Assembly: GCF_002113885.1 (NCBI RefSeq)
Contig: NW_018408904.1
Location: 498,034-562,033, forward strand
Length of the DNA: 64,000 nucleotides
From: Mizuhopecten yessoensis
Lineage: Eukaryota
Reading direction: 5' to 3'
Shown one piece after another: positions 52,546-64,000 of the stretch. The notes under the pieces were generated by a model. The model did not search any database. It saw only the letters and a list, made by a program, of their open reading frames with translations, and had not been told where the DNA came from. The first letter of the stretch is position 1; each line of letters starts with the position of its first letter. The position numbers and the translations under genes are program-made.

Positions 52546-54000
52546 TGGCAAGTCTCTATTTACAGCATTTCTTTTATAAAAGTTTGCTTAATGGCTTATA
52601 GACATTATATGCCAATTTATTTATTTTCATTTTTTATTAAAGACCTGTCCTTTTATATATTTTTCATTATGTTACCAGGTCATTGGTCTGGCCTATTATT
52701 TTTGCAGAAGATGTTTAAAAAATTTAACACTCTTGTGATCTTAATTGTAGGTAAAGGTCATCTAGTAGCGGTGGTTTTAGGCCAGGTACATACTGGCGGC
52801 CAGGTACATACTGGCCATGTATCACCACTCAGGACCTCCTGGTTATTCAGAAGAAGTGGAATAAAAGGTTTTTACATATTTGACTCCTGTGACCTTGAAA
52901 GTAGGTCAAGGTTATTTATTTGAAGAAACTTTATAGGACTCTGTCCAAGATACCAACTAGCCAAATATCATGGCCCTAGGTCCTCCAGTTCTTAAGAAGA
53001 TATCATTCATAGAAAAAAATAATGGAAGACGGAAAACACACATGATAAGCTGAACTGGCACAAAAATTTAACCTTTGACCTTACCTGATTATTATATGTA
53101 AAAACACTCGGACTTTCTAAAGCATATCAGAGTATCACAACTCTAGACCTTACAAATATATATATTTTGACACCAGCCAATGTTCAAAGTTGACCTCAAC
53201 ATGATATGCTACATATTTGTAAAACTGATTTACAAAAAAAAAACTATTGTACTTCTATCTTTCTTTTAAGAAGAAATTTTACAAAATCAACATGAATATT
53301 GAACAAATACTGTAAAATATAGAGAACAAGAGCTGTAGTAGAATAGCATAGCTCGTCTATTGCCAACACTTGTGAATCTAATAAGCCATCATCACTTGTT
53401 GTGTTATTTGGGTTTTTTTAAACCTATGTCAGTAACTTTTTTTTTATGGTTTTGGGCCTTTGCTGTGCCTTACAGAGTATATTGATGCTAGTGTTTGTCT
53501 TTACATGTCAAAATAATTTAAAATGAACTTACTATTTAATTTGTTCACTTTCATAATAAGTCTCTTTCTTTCTTTTTGTTGTTGTTGACATATTTGATCC
53601 CAATGACCCCACCCCCTCTGGCCCGGCTCCTGCATGGGGGTTATATCAAAAATCAGAAAGTGTTGTGCACTTTTTGATACATATATGTACCATGTGTAAA
53701 AGTTTCAAGTTCCTACCTCAAACATTGTAGAAAAAGTTAACCCCTTAAGTACCCCCCCCCCCCCCCCCCCACCCCCATCATCATTTGCTAAAATGAATTG
53801 CTGTAAAATGTAGAACTCGATCATTATAATGTTTGATTTGATATGCTATTAAGACTGAATTTGTTTTGAAAATATTTGACCCCATCCCTCTGGCCCGCCC
53901 CCTGGGGGGTCATGTTCAAAATCCAAAAGTGTTGTGCACTTCTCCATACATATATGTTCCATGTCTAAAAGTTCCTNTCGGCCTCTAGGGGTTATGTCAA

Positions 54001-55328
54001 CAAAAGGCCCAATGGGCCTGAATCGCTCACCTGGTATTAATCTCACACTTGTTATCTCAAAAGTGGACTAAAATACAACTACAGGCAGAATATCATTGTT
54101 TGATTAATAAGAACCTATTAAAAGATTTAAACATATGACACCCGTGACCTTGAATGTCGAACAAGGAAATTAGTTTTAACAGAGTTTATAGTCTTCCTAC
54201 CTAGCATGCTTCTAGCAAAATATCATTACCCTGGACTTTTTGGTTATACAGACCAAATCATTTAAAGATTTAAACATATATTGACCACTGTGACTCTGAA
54301 TATGGGCGAAGGTCATTCATTTGAACAAACTTGGTAGCCCTTCATCCCAGCATGTTAATGCCCAAATGTCATCACCCTAGGCCTTTTGGTTATTCAGAAG
54401 AAGTTATTTAAATGTTTTTAACATATTTGACCCCAGAGACCTTGGATATGATTCAAGGTCATTCATATGAACAAACTTGGTAGCCCTTCATCCAAGCATG
54501 TTAATGCCCAAATGTCATCACCCTAGGCCTCTTGGTTGTTCTTCAGAAGTTGTTTTAAGATTATAACATATTTGACCCCTGTGACCTTGAAAATGGATAA
54601 AGGTCATTTATTTGAACAAACTTGGTAGCCCTTCATCCCAGCATGTTACTGGCCAAATATCATCACCCTAGGCCTCTCGGTTATTCAGAAGTTGTTTAAA
54701 GGTTTAAACATATTTGACCCCTGTGACCTTGAATATCAGTCAAGGTAATTTATTTGAACAAACTTGGTAGCCCTTCATCCCAGCATGTTAATGGTCAAAT
54801 ATCATCACCCTAGGCCTCTTGGTTATTCAGAAAAATTTGTTTTAAGATTTTAACATATTTGACCCCTGTGACCTTGAATATCGGTCAAGGTCATTTATTT
54901 GAACAAACTTGGTAGCCCTTCATCACAGCATGTTACTGGTCAAATATCATCACCCTATTCAGAAAAAGTTGTTTTAAGATTTTAACATATTTGACCCCTA
55001 TGACCTTGAAAATGGATAAAGGTCATTTATTTGAACAAACTTGGTAGCCCTTCATTTCAGAATGTTACTGGCCAAATAGCATCACCCTAGGCCTCTCGGT
55101 TATTCAAAAGAAGTTGTTTAAAGGATTAAACATATTGGACCCCTGTGACCTTGAATATAAGTCAAGGTAATTTATTTGAACAAACTTGGTAGCCCTTCAT
55201 CCCAGCATGTTACTGGCCAAATATCATCACCCTAGGCCTCTTGCTTGCCCAAAAACCTTAACCAAGTGGGACCCTGACGCTGTAAGTACTGCCTATAGCT
55301 CCCCCTGTTCTTCGAATAGACAAGTTAA
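54001..55328 (-). mobile_element. HINE-like element, same family as 13402-14238, with ~8 internal ~123-bp repeats
   Basis: AGGCCCAATGGGCCT...CGCTCACCTGGTATTAATCTCACACTTG is the reverse complement of the right end of the 13402-14238 element; tandem TTTGAACAAACTTGGTAGCCCTTCATCCCAGCATG units. Confidence 0.75.
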
Positions 55329-56495
55329 AAATACAGGTAACATATATAATATGTATTTTTGAAATCTCAAACTGAAGAACACAAATCTCCGACAGAAAAT
55401 TATTCCACAACAGAAACATAAGGTATCTGACTATATAATGTTTTCTTATCAGTTATATGATAATCTGCATTTCGGATGTTTATTCTTTAACTTAGCTCAT
55501 CCATAAAACATTTCTTTTGTAATTTTCATACCCATATGAATGCCCAATGTAATTAAAATTACATATTCACATCACTCCCGCTTACTGACATGTTCCACTT
55601 AACATATCAGTAAATGGGAGAGATGTGAAGATATAATTTTACTAAGATTGATGAATGCCATGACATGCATATACGTTTCCCAATACTTTTGCTATGGAAT
55701 ACATATGTTCATATATTATTACCCAACCCTTAGACATTAAAATAAATCACTCATGTTTTATGTCATATCTAAATTTAGAAAAAAAAGATGTTCCAGAGAA
55801 CATGCAGCAAAAATCAATTAATTAAAATAGAATATTTTTATTTTTATTTGAAATAAATATATGTCAAGTAACATTGTTTTTGTCTATTTTTTTCTTATAA
55901 TCGATTAAGACATCTATAAACATTGAGGAAATATCGTATAATGGTTGTGCATTCAATCACACTAACTTTACTCGTTTGTGGAAAACCCCTTAGGGATAGC
56001 ATGTTCCAAGAATGATTTTTTTGGTTAAAGTAGCAGAAATAAGTGAATTTATGTTTTGTATTTGTTATTTATGTAGTGTTGTGTAGGACTTGATAAATTG
56101 TTAACACTGGTGACTGGACCATGCAAATGCTGTTTCCGAAACCTAACAAAATCAGCAGAATCCTTGCAAATTGATGTTCAAGTCATATAGATGTGTTGAA
56201 ATTGATAGGTGTTAAAAGAAAAAGTGTTGTATAGAAAAATTTTGAATTTTAAAATTAAATAAGGCAATAATCAATTGCGATAAGAAATGAAGTAATTTTG
56301 AGTTAGCATGAATGTGTGGGTACACCAATTTTTAAGAAGCCATTTAAACAAATGAGATAGCAAAGTGATCTTGGCATCAACCCTCAGAAGATCTTCATTA
56401 CTATTATGCAAGTTTGATCTATTCCTTTTCTTTCTCTTTTCTATTGGATTGATAGTCTGATTTTCAACAGTAGAAGCATCTTGTGGTAACTTTTG

Positions 56496-57140
56496 AACAA
56501 GAGGCCCAATGGGCCAGCATCGCTCACCTGGTATTAATCTCACACTTGTAATCTTAAAAGTGGACTAAAATACAGCTACAGGCAGAATATCAGTGTTTGA
56601 TTCATAAGAACCTATGAAAGGTTTAAACATATGACATCCGTGACCTTGAATGTCGAACAAGGACATTTAAGTCATTAGGTTGAAAAGAGTTTATAGTCTT
56701 CCAACCCAGCATGCTTCTGGCAAAATATCATTACCTTGGACCTTTTGGTTATACAGAACAAATCATTTAAAGATTTAAACATATATTGACCACTGTGACC
56801 TTAATTACGGGCGAAGGTCATTCACTTGGTAGTCTTTCAGAAGTCGTTTAAAGGTTTTCAATATATTTGACCCCTGTGACCTTTAAAGTGGGTCCAGGTC
56901 ATTCATTTGCACAAACTTGGTAGTCCTTTATCCTAGCATGCTACAGGCCAAATATCATCACCCTAGGCCTTTTGGTTATTGAGAAGAAGTTGTTTCAAGA
57001 TTTTAACATATTTGACCCGTGACCTTGAATATCAGTCAAGGTCATTTATTTGAACAAAATTGGTAGCCCTTCATCCCAGCATGTTACTGGCTCCGCTCCA
57101 CAGCATAAGTTCACTTGGCCCTTCGAGCCAGGTGAGCTAA
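56496..57140 (-). mobile_element. HINE-like element, same family, shorter copy
   Basis: AACAAGAGGCCCAATGGGCC...CGCTCACCTGGTATTAATCTCACACTTG at the left end and GCCAGGTGAGCTAA at the right end. Confidence 0.75.
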
Positions 57141-57910
57141 TAAATATCATACAGCTGGGTTTGAGACTTCTTGTTTATTTCTTTAGCAATAGCGATAACA
57201 AACTTGTGCTGTCAACATCCAAGATGGCTACCTCGTGGCCATCTTGTTTTCCTGTCTGTTCAAAAATGAAACATGCAAAACTATGGACCATGGGGAACTA
57301 CATATGAAATTTGAGAATGATTTATTCAGTGCTTTTTGAGAAATAGCAATAACAGAAATTATTGAACGACCGATGGACAGAAGGCGATTTTAGCCCACTT
57401 TCTGATGAGTGTGGGCTAAAAAGTTGGCAGACTGATGACGGATGCTACGACGGATGCTGCACCATACCATACACTCCGGGGCTCAGTGCATGGTGAGTTA
57501 ATGAAATGACTTAAAGCTGAGAGTCTTATACACTGAATTTTATTCAACATTTGAATGATGGTGATAATGTTAGTACACAATGAATTGGTGGTTTTTGTCA
57601 TGATTTAATGAACCAAATAAATGGAAGCCTTATAATATCCTGAAATTAGACTACTGAATAGTTGTACAGTACCTTCTACAACTTATATCCAAAGATTATG
57701 ATTTTACAATAATTAACTGTCGAATATGACAATGAAAATAAGTAACAGAGATGACATTTTTTGCCACTAAGATGAGAATAAATCTCTAGATGTGGCACTA
57801 AACAATATTAACTACAACAATAATTCAACACAAAGTCAGACAACAACAAAATCCAATTGTCCTGATGATCAGCTGATTTAAAAAAAAAAATATCACAATA
57901 ACAATAGCCT

Positions 57911-58130
57911 GTGTGGAGTCCATCAATGAGTTTAACAACATCCACCTTATGAGCTGTAGGGGTCATACTGTTTGTAGGTTTACCACATGCCATGAGTCCA
58001 TCAGAGTTTAATAGCATCCACTGTATAGTGCTGTAGGAGTCATACTGTCTAAAGTTTTACCACATGTGTGAAGTCCATTATCAAAGAGATTAATAGCGTC
58101 CACTGTATGAGCTGTACGAGTCATACTGTC
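57911..58130 (-). repeat. Diverged ~80-bp triplication of the RRM gene's last codons, stop codon and 3'UTR start
   Basis: Plus-strand TTAATAGCGTCCACTGTATGAGCTGTACGAGTCATACTGT (coding copy, 58090-58129) recurs at ~58008-58048 and ~57932-57971. Confidence 0.85.
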
Positions 58131-61100
58131 CACCTGAAGCAAAAACAATTTCACATCAGTGTTTGTACTGGATAAACAATTTTTTTATAGAAAATATAGC
58201 TACATGGTCAGTCTTCTATATATTCCGTTCAAATATTTGAGCTTTAAACATGGTGCTAAATTAGGATTGCACCAATTTATGTCCCCGTATTTTGTTTTCT
58301 ATCACATATTTTGTGGAAGCACCAATTCATCAAAGTGCTAATGGGCTAAATTCAATAATGCACTAAAATAAGTTCGTTTACAGTAACATTGTTGTTACAA
58401 ATAATTTCTCTTACCTCCATAACCACCGCTGTAATTTTTACCACCACTGCGCCCACCGTCGTTTCTATTATGCTGATTACCCCCCTGAGTCTTCCACACT
58501 CCAAGCCCATGCTGCTGTTGTCCTCTATTTCCCTGGTTACCTTTGAAACAAATACAGTGCTATAGAAATCATCTTTCTCAAACTAAATGGTTGACCTTTC
58601 CAAGGCATGATTATGGGCTTGTAAATAATATTTTATTACATTTTTATCAGTGAAATATCAGTAGTTATAAATTTGGAAGTAAATAAAAAAACTCAAAGGT
58701 ATCTGGTTGAATATCATATAATTTTCATCAGTATGATAGCATAAACCGATTTCTATTTACTTGTATATTGCACCAAGTCTTGTTTAAAATATCAGTATTC
58801 AGCAACTCTTAAAAAAATAAGGGTATATCCATTAAATATCCTCTATATATCTTTTTCAAAAAATTATAGAACAATACTACAATTGTATGGTCTTAAAGTC
58901 ATAATTCTATAAAAGTGGCACATATTTAAAATAATGTGAAATTGCTTCATGGTATATAACAAAACTATTTACTCCTTCCAGATCCCCAGTTTTTGTCAGA
59001 TGAATCGTTCCAGTTATCTCGTCTCCTCTTTGGGTTATCTTCGAATCCCTCATACTGGCTATACCCAGAGCTGTAAGCACCACTGCCTCCCCATCCATCT
59101 CCCATGGACTGTTGCTTGACACTGCAGTTCAGAAATCGAACAGTTAATACTCCACACCAATTCGAAAATGTCATCAGTGATTTTTCAACCTAAATTTTAC
59201 ATTAGCCTGTCCCTACAGGAATTGGAAAAATATAGCATTACATTGTATTTGTTGAAATTTGGAAGATATTCCTGATTTTTTCTTCATTTTGGGAAAATAA
59301 AGCACTTTAAAGGAGGCAAGCTGTCTCTTTCCTTTTAAATGTAATAGCATGCTAATAAAATAAAAGGAGGGAGCTCACATGAGTATTTCCCCCAAATCCA
59401 GATTGCTACTCACCCAAGTACTTCAAAAGTGTGACCTTTGAACCCTGACTGATGATCACCAAAATGTAATCAGCAATTGAACTCATTGTTAGGAAACTAT
59501 GGTGTAAACTCTATAGAAGAGTTCAGAAGATAGGACAAGGCTTTAACAAAGGACACACTGATAAAGCAATTACCATAAATTTGCGGGTATAGTGCGCATT
59601 CGGTATAGTGCGCGGTTACGTTTTTGGGGTCAGATTTGAAGAAAAAAAATGAATAAACAAAATCTTTTGCAAAACAAATCATGAAAATAAACGTGTATCA
59701 AACTTGAAAAGTACCATCAAAGGTAGCTTGGTGTTTATAACGGCGATTAATTAACGATTGATTTATTGGAGTAAACAAGCCAATGAAGGTCTCCCTCCAT
59801 ACCGCTTGGAACGAGTGGATGATGGACAAATCCTGCAGAAATCAAACGAAGAAAGTGTAGCTAATTCCGATGCCAGAGAACCGCCGATCAACTTATGTTT
59901 CGACATCTCAGCGTTTTACCATAATAATAATTTCAATTATAGGCTCCGTTCCATGTTAGTTCTTGTGGTTATTTTATACCAAATCACTAAGCCTAGTCTT
60001 CCAAAAAACGATGTATTTGGTCCAGTTAGCCATGCTTTGTTGACACTGTATTGGTTGATACAAATTTCAGAATGGCAATATTAACGAACTGACGTTGACA
60101 AAAAGATTTGATATGAAGAAAAATATAAATTTGAAAACGATTTTAACTTGTTCCTGCATATAATGCGCACCTCCTTTTTGACATGTCAATATTTACCTAA
60201 AAAAAGTGTGCACTATACGCGCAAATTTACAGCAATACATACTCCCTTGCAACTAAAAGGTTTTATGGGTAAAAGTCCAGAGGTATTGTTGGATAGCAAT
60301 AAGATGATCATAACATTTCAAACCATGTACAACATACAGCAGTTGCAGCATATTTCAATTAATAAATATTGATACCTTTTCTTGTTTTTCATCTCTATAA
60401 TGGCAGATTGTAAGAAATCCAGCATGTTGTCATCATCCACATTACCACGTCCACCTCTGAAAAAAAGACAACAAAATCTTAGAAACCAAAACTTTCAGTG
60501 ATTTAACCATTCGAGGATATCTAATAATATTTAAGTCAAAATGCAATGGTTTTTGGCTAGCCTTAATGTGTATTTCTCACACTTTTCTTAAAGGAAGTGT
60601 TGTCTATGTGACCTGTAGTTCATATAAATATCTACACTACGTTTTCTCTAGTAATAAATGATCTTTTTACAACTTTTGATAAGCAGTATATGAAATTCTT
60701 CTCTTTAATGTAATGACAAGCATATCTGATGCATATACCAAATGTAAGTCTCATCAGGTAGGTATGAATTGTACCCAGACCATATTAAACACTAGTACAT
60801 TTCTAACAAACTTACCCATAGTTATCCTCCTGCTGGAAAAAAAACCCAGAAAAAATAATCATTATAAGGATACAAGAGAACCAGTGTGTACAGTTTACAC
60901 ATTAAACATAACTCCGGATAGATAAACTTTGGAAAAGTGAAAAACAAAAATACAATAAAGGAACTACAGAATATAAGTTTTCGGGATAACTGGGCTAGAG
61001 AATTGTTATTTATGGATAACTGAGCTAGAGAATTGTTATTTATGGATAACTGGGCCAGAGAAGTAGTGTTATTTATGGATAACTGTGCTAGAGAATTGTT

Positions 61101-63232
61101 ATCTATGGATAACTGGGCTAAAGAATCATAATTTATGGATAACTGGGCCAGAGAATCATTATTTATGGATAACTGGGCTAGAGAATTATTATTTATGGAT
61201 AACTGGGCTAGAGGATCGTTATTTATGTATAACTGGGCCAGAGAATCATTATTTATGTATAACTGGGCTAGAGAATCGTTATTTATGGATAACTGGGCTA
61301 GAGAATCATTATTTATGGATAACTGGGCTAGAGAAGTCATAATTCTATAAAAGTGGCACAGAGAATTGTTATTTCTGGGTAACTGGGCTTGAGAATCATT
61401 ATTTATGGATAACTGGGCTAGAGTAGTGTTATTTGTGGATAACTGGACCAGAGAATTGTTATTTCTGGGTAACTGGGCTTGAGAATCATTATTTATGGAT
61501 AACTGGGCTAGAGTAGTGTTATTTATGGATAACTGGGCTAGAGTAGTGTTATTTCTGTATAACTGGGCCAGAGAATTGTTAGAAATTGGAGAGATACAAG
61601 GTTAAATCTCCATCCAGTTGATATAAATTTATTTCACACTGTAATGTGTATGTTACTATTTTATGTCAACCAACTTTCCATCATAGAATTGCCACAAGCA
61701 ATATCTTAAGCTCCAAGGTGACAGAGTACATACGTACTAGTCATTGAAATGTCACATAGAAACACTTAATGGTTGTGTAAAAAAAATATACTTTCCATAA
61801 TCCATACTTACCCACCCGCCTTAAGAAAATGTTTAGAAATAAGCAATATATATATATTTAATAAGGAATTGAAAGACATATTGTTTATTGACCTAATTCT
61901 ATCAAATTCTACTGTCTCGCACTACTCAATAAAGGAACCAAGCTATCAAAAACTGATTCTGATATGTGTTTTAAGCAGATCATTTTGTAAAGTAATCTTA
62001 ATTTGTCGACAGTAATGCAAGTATTAATAGAAAAACTTAGCCCTTACCTGGTATCCACCCTGTCGCTCATAGCCTTGGTTACCCCATTCTGAAATCATAA
62101 ATTTAGGTTCAATAGAAACTTGAGTTTATATATTAATTTGAAAAAAATCAGCAGTACAAACCTTCAGTTTTAAGGCTCAGCTTTTTATATATCAAATTAT
62201 AAGAATACCATTTTAAACAGAAGCAAAAATAATCTTTATGTCAGACTAAATTTCTCAGAACTTTGTTTCAATTTCATTTGATATGTCACTTTCTGATGAT
62301 ATATGAGTGAGATCATTACACGTTTTCTACTTTTTCCATCCAATGTCTCATACAGTCTTTAAAAATAATACCTTGGTTTCCAAAATTTCGGTTTCCAAAC
62401 GTTTGGTTTCCAAAGCCTTGTTTACCACCGAAAGAGCCCTGGTTTCCACCGAAAGAGCCCTGGTTTCCATAGCGCCCTTGCATGCCTGCAGTATGAGGTC
62501 TCGGCTTATTGGACGCTCCTTTTGGGTTGTTCTTATTGCCAAATCCTCCATTAGAGTTCATTTTCCTGGGAGTTCCCCGCATGTCTCCTCCTGCAAACAT
62601 GCCTCCTCCCTGTGACCATCCTCTGCCCATATTGCCTCCCTTTGGGGACATGAGGGGGCGAGGTCCCAACATTCCTGGTCCCTGATTCCATTGCCTTTTC
62701 TTATCCTTGGCAGGTGTCTGTACAGCCTTCTTCCTCTTTGGTGGCTTGTTCTTGTGAAGCTCCTTAGCTGAAAAATGTGGATGTCACCAATTTTTTTTTT
62801 TTTTACAAGAAACCACCAGTGGCGTTATTGCTGGATTTCTCCTATGCTATGACATAGAACCATACAAAATCCCATACAACCACTGGCAGATATATGAAAT
62901 TTTGGATCAAAGAAGTGGGGTAATGATACCTTATTAAGTCTTTGTAGGATATTTCTTTGAAAGTATTCATCTAGAAGCCTCTTCTAAGATGGCCACTGAC
63001 AGCCACATTGAATATTGGAATCAGCTCAAAATCATACTTTTGGACAACTGAAATCCTCATTCAAATTTTGTAAACGGATAACATAGATTTCTAACCTTTT
63101 GCCACATCTGCTGGATCAGAAGATTCTGCACGACTAATAACAACCTTGTTATCAGTTCCAAGCTCAATTTCCTTGACTGTCTTCATACACTCATCTGCCT
63201 CCTTGGCATTTCTAAACTCCAACACAGCCCAA
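58090..63232 (-). CDS. 3' part of an RRM-domain RNA-binding protein with a Gly/Asn/Gln/Tyr-rich low-complexity C-terminus (5' exons not recognised in the window)
   Basis: Exons 63096-63232, 62372-62767, 62048-62088, 60816-60832, 60376-60456, 58973-59121, 58415-58540, 58090-58133 join in frame with GT-AG boundaries: WAVLEFRNAKEADECMKTVKEIELG (RNP1-like), PPKRKK (NLS-like), GNQGSFGGNQGSFGG repeats, ending GGQYDSYSSYSGRY*. Confidence 0.8.
59571..60234. mobile_element. Tc1/mariner-pogo-like non-autonomous DNA element
   Basis: Imperfect TIRs TACCATAAATTTGCGGGTATAGTGCGCA and TGTGCACTATACGCGCAAATTTACAGCA. Confidence 0.6.
60984..61580. repeat. 30-bp minisatellite, ~19-20 copies, in an intron of the RRM gene
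   Basis: Unit GGATAACTGGGCTAGAGAATCATTATTTAT with variants; explains the ORFs at 60822-61350. Confidence 0.95.
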
Positions 63233-64000
63233 CTGAAATTAGATTTAACATCAGGTATTATTTCAAGTACATTTTGATGTTAATATTTATGGCTAACACA
63301 AACTTTCTGTACCATAAGATATGACATTATTAAAAGTCAGGAACTATGAAGATATATAGGCTGTGATAAATTATATTTCACCATGGCAGTCCACGACAAG
63401 TACCCCAAGGGGTTGACCAGACACCTGAGAGTTGGGTACACTTTGGTAATCGACAATTGTCATTTTACATCTATAATCATAGTTCTTAAATGAATGAAAG
63501 GCAGATATGGGTCTTGCTCTCTGACAGACACTGATCTTTTTAAAGGTCTAGACACTCTTGTTTTCAAAGAAAATTATATTGATAGACAAATAGCATTATT
63601 TCTTGCTTAGCTTCAAGAATAACAGCTACCGTTGTGTTAACATATTCAAAACAGGAGCCAGACAGGATTAACCAGCCACTTGAGATTAATGTAATATAAA
63701 GGTTATTCACAAAAAATATTTTCTTCATACAACTAGAGTTTATTTTGGTTGCTTCTGGCACAATTTGGCATAGAAGGTATAAGGCATGACTAGTTGATAT
63801 TCTTCATGCCTAGATCTTTCTGCAAATGATGGAGTAGTTCTAGCATTCACAAGATTTCAGTCAACTTGGGATTACACAAGTCCATAAACATGGCAGAAAG
63901 ACTTATTTATGTAAATGTTATTTCCAAAATAACTAGTTAAGATTGGCACCTTATTATCAAACGGGCCCCTTATAGGTCAAAGGAATGCGACATGAATAAC

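Noticed and set aside
53977-53977. Single N next to a junction between two repeat elements
   Set aside because: Assembly ambiguity; the junction and the ORF 53849..54046 cannot be interpreted biologically.
60822-61350. SLAQLSINN repeat ORF
   Set aside because: 30-bp intronic minisatellite; the host gene's exon chain is in frame without it.

Overview
Eukaryotic, AT-rich, intron-rich genomic DNA. The repeat families (Helentron-associated HINE-like elements, tRNA-derived SINEs) suggest a bivalve mollusc; this is inference. By manual splicing I find four protein genes: (1) the first coding exon of a secreted Canopy-like (CNPY3/4-like) gene on the minus strand at 1320-1440; (2) a complete 12-coding-exon ARPC1 gene (Arp2/3 subunit 1, WD40) on the plus strand at 2927-12883; (3) a complete 11-coding-exon eEF2K alpha-kinase gene on the minus strand at 22794-48663; (4) the last 8 coding exons of an RRM protein with a Gly/Asn/Gln-rich tail on the minus strand at 58090-63232. 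An intact tRNA-Leu(UAG) lies at 50573-50653. The most unusual signal is that tandem repeats are repeatedly built from functional boundaries. Three arrays consist of a real exon end plus its 5' splice site (31 x 28 bp and 6 x 77 bp in ARPC1; 66 x 70 bp in eEF2K). Two arrays consist of a stop codon and its flanks (eEF2K, RRM gene). One consists of a hAT-MITE terminus (32 x 27 bp). In the eEF2K array every unit reads as a self-contained 70-nt GT...branch-like...YnCAG mini-intron, i.e. a chain of CAG|GT candidate recursive splice points. Also present are tRNA-containing TRIM-like LTR elements, a composite higher-order repeat, and a 27-bp templated patch inside a minisatellite. Most ORFs in the supplied track are repeat-derived or spurious. 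All coordinates were counted by hand.
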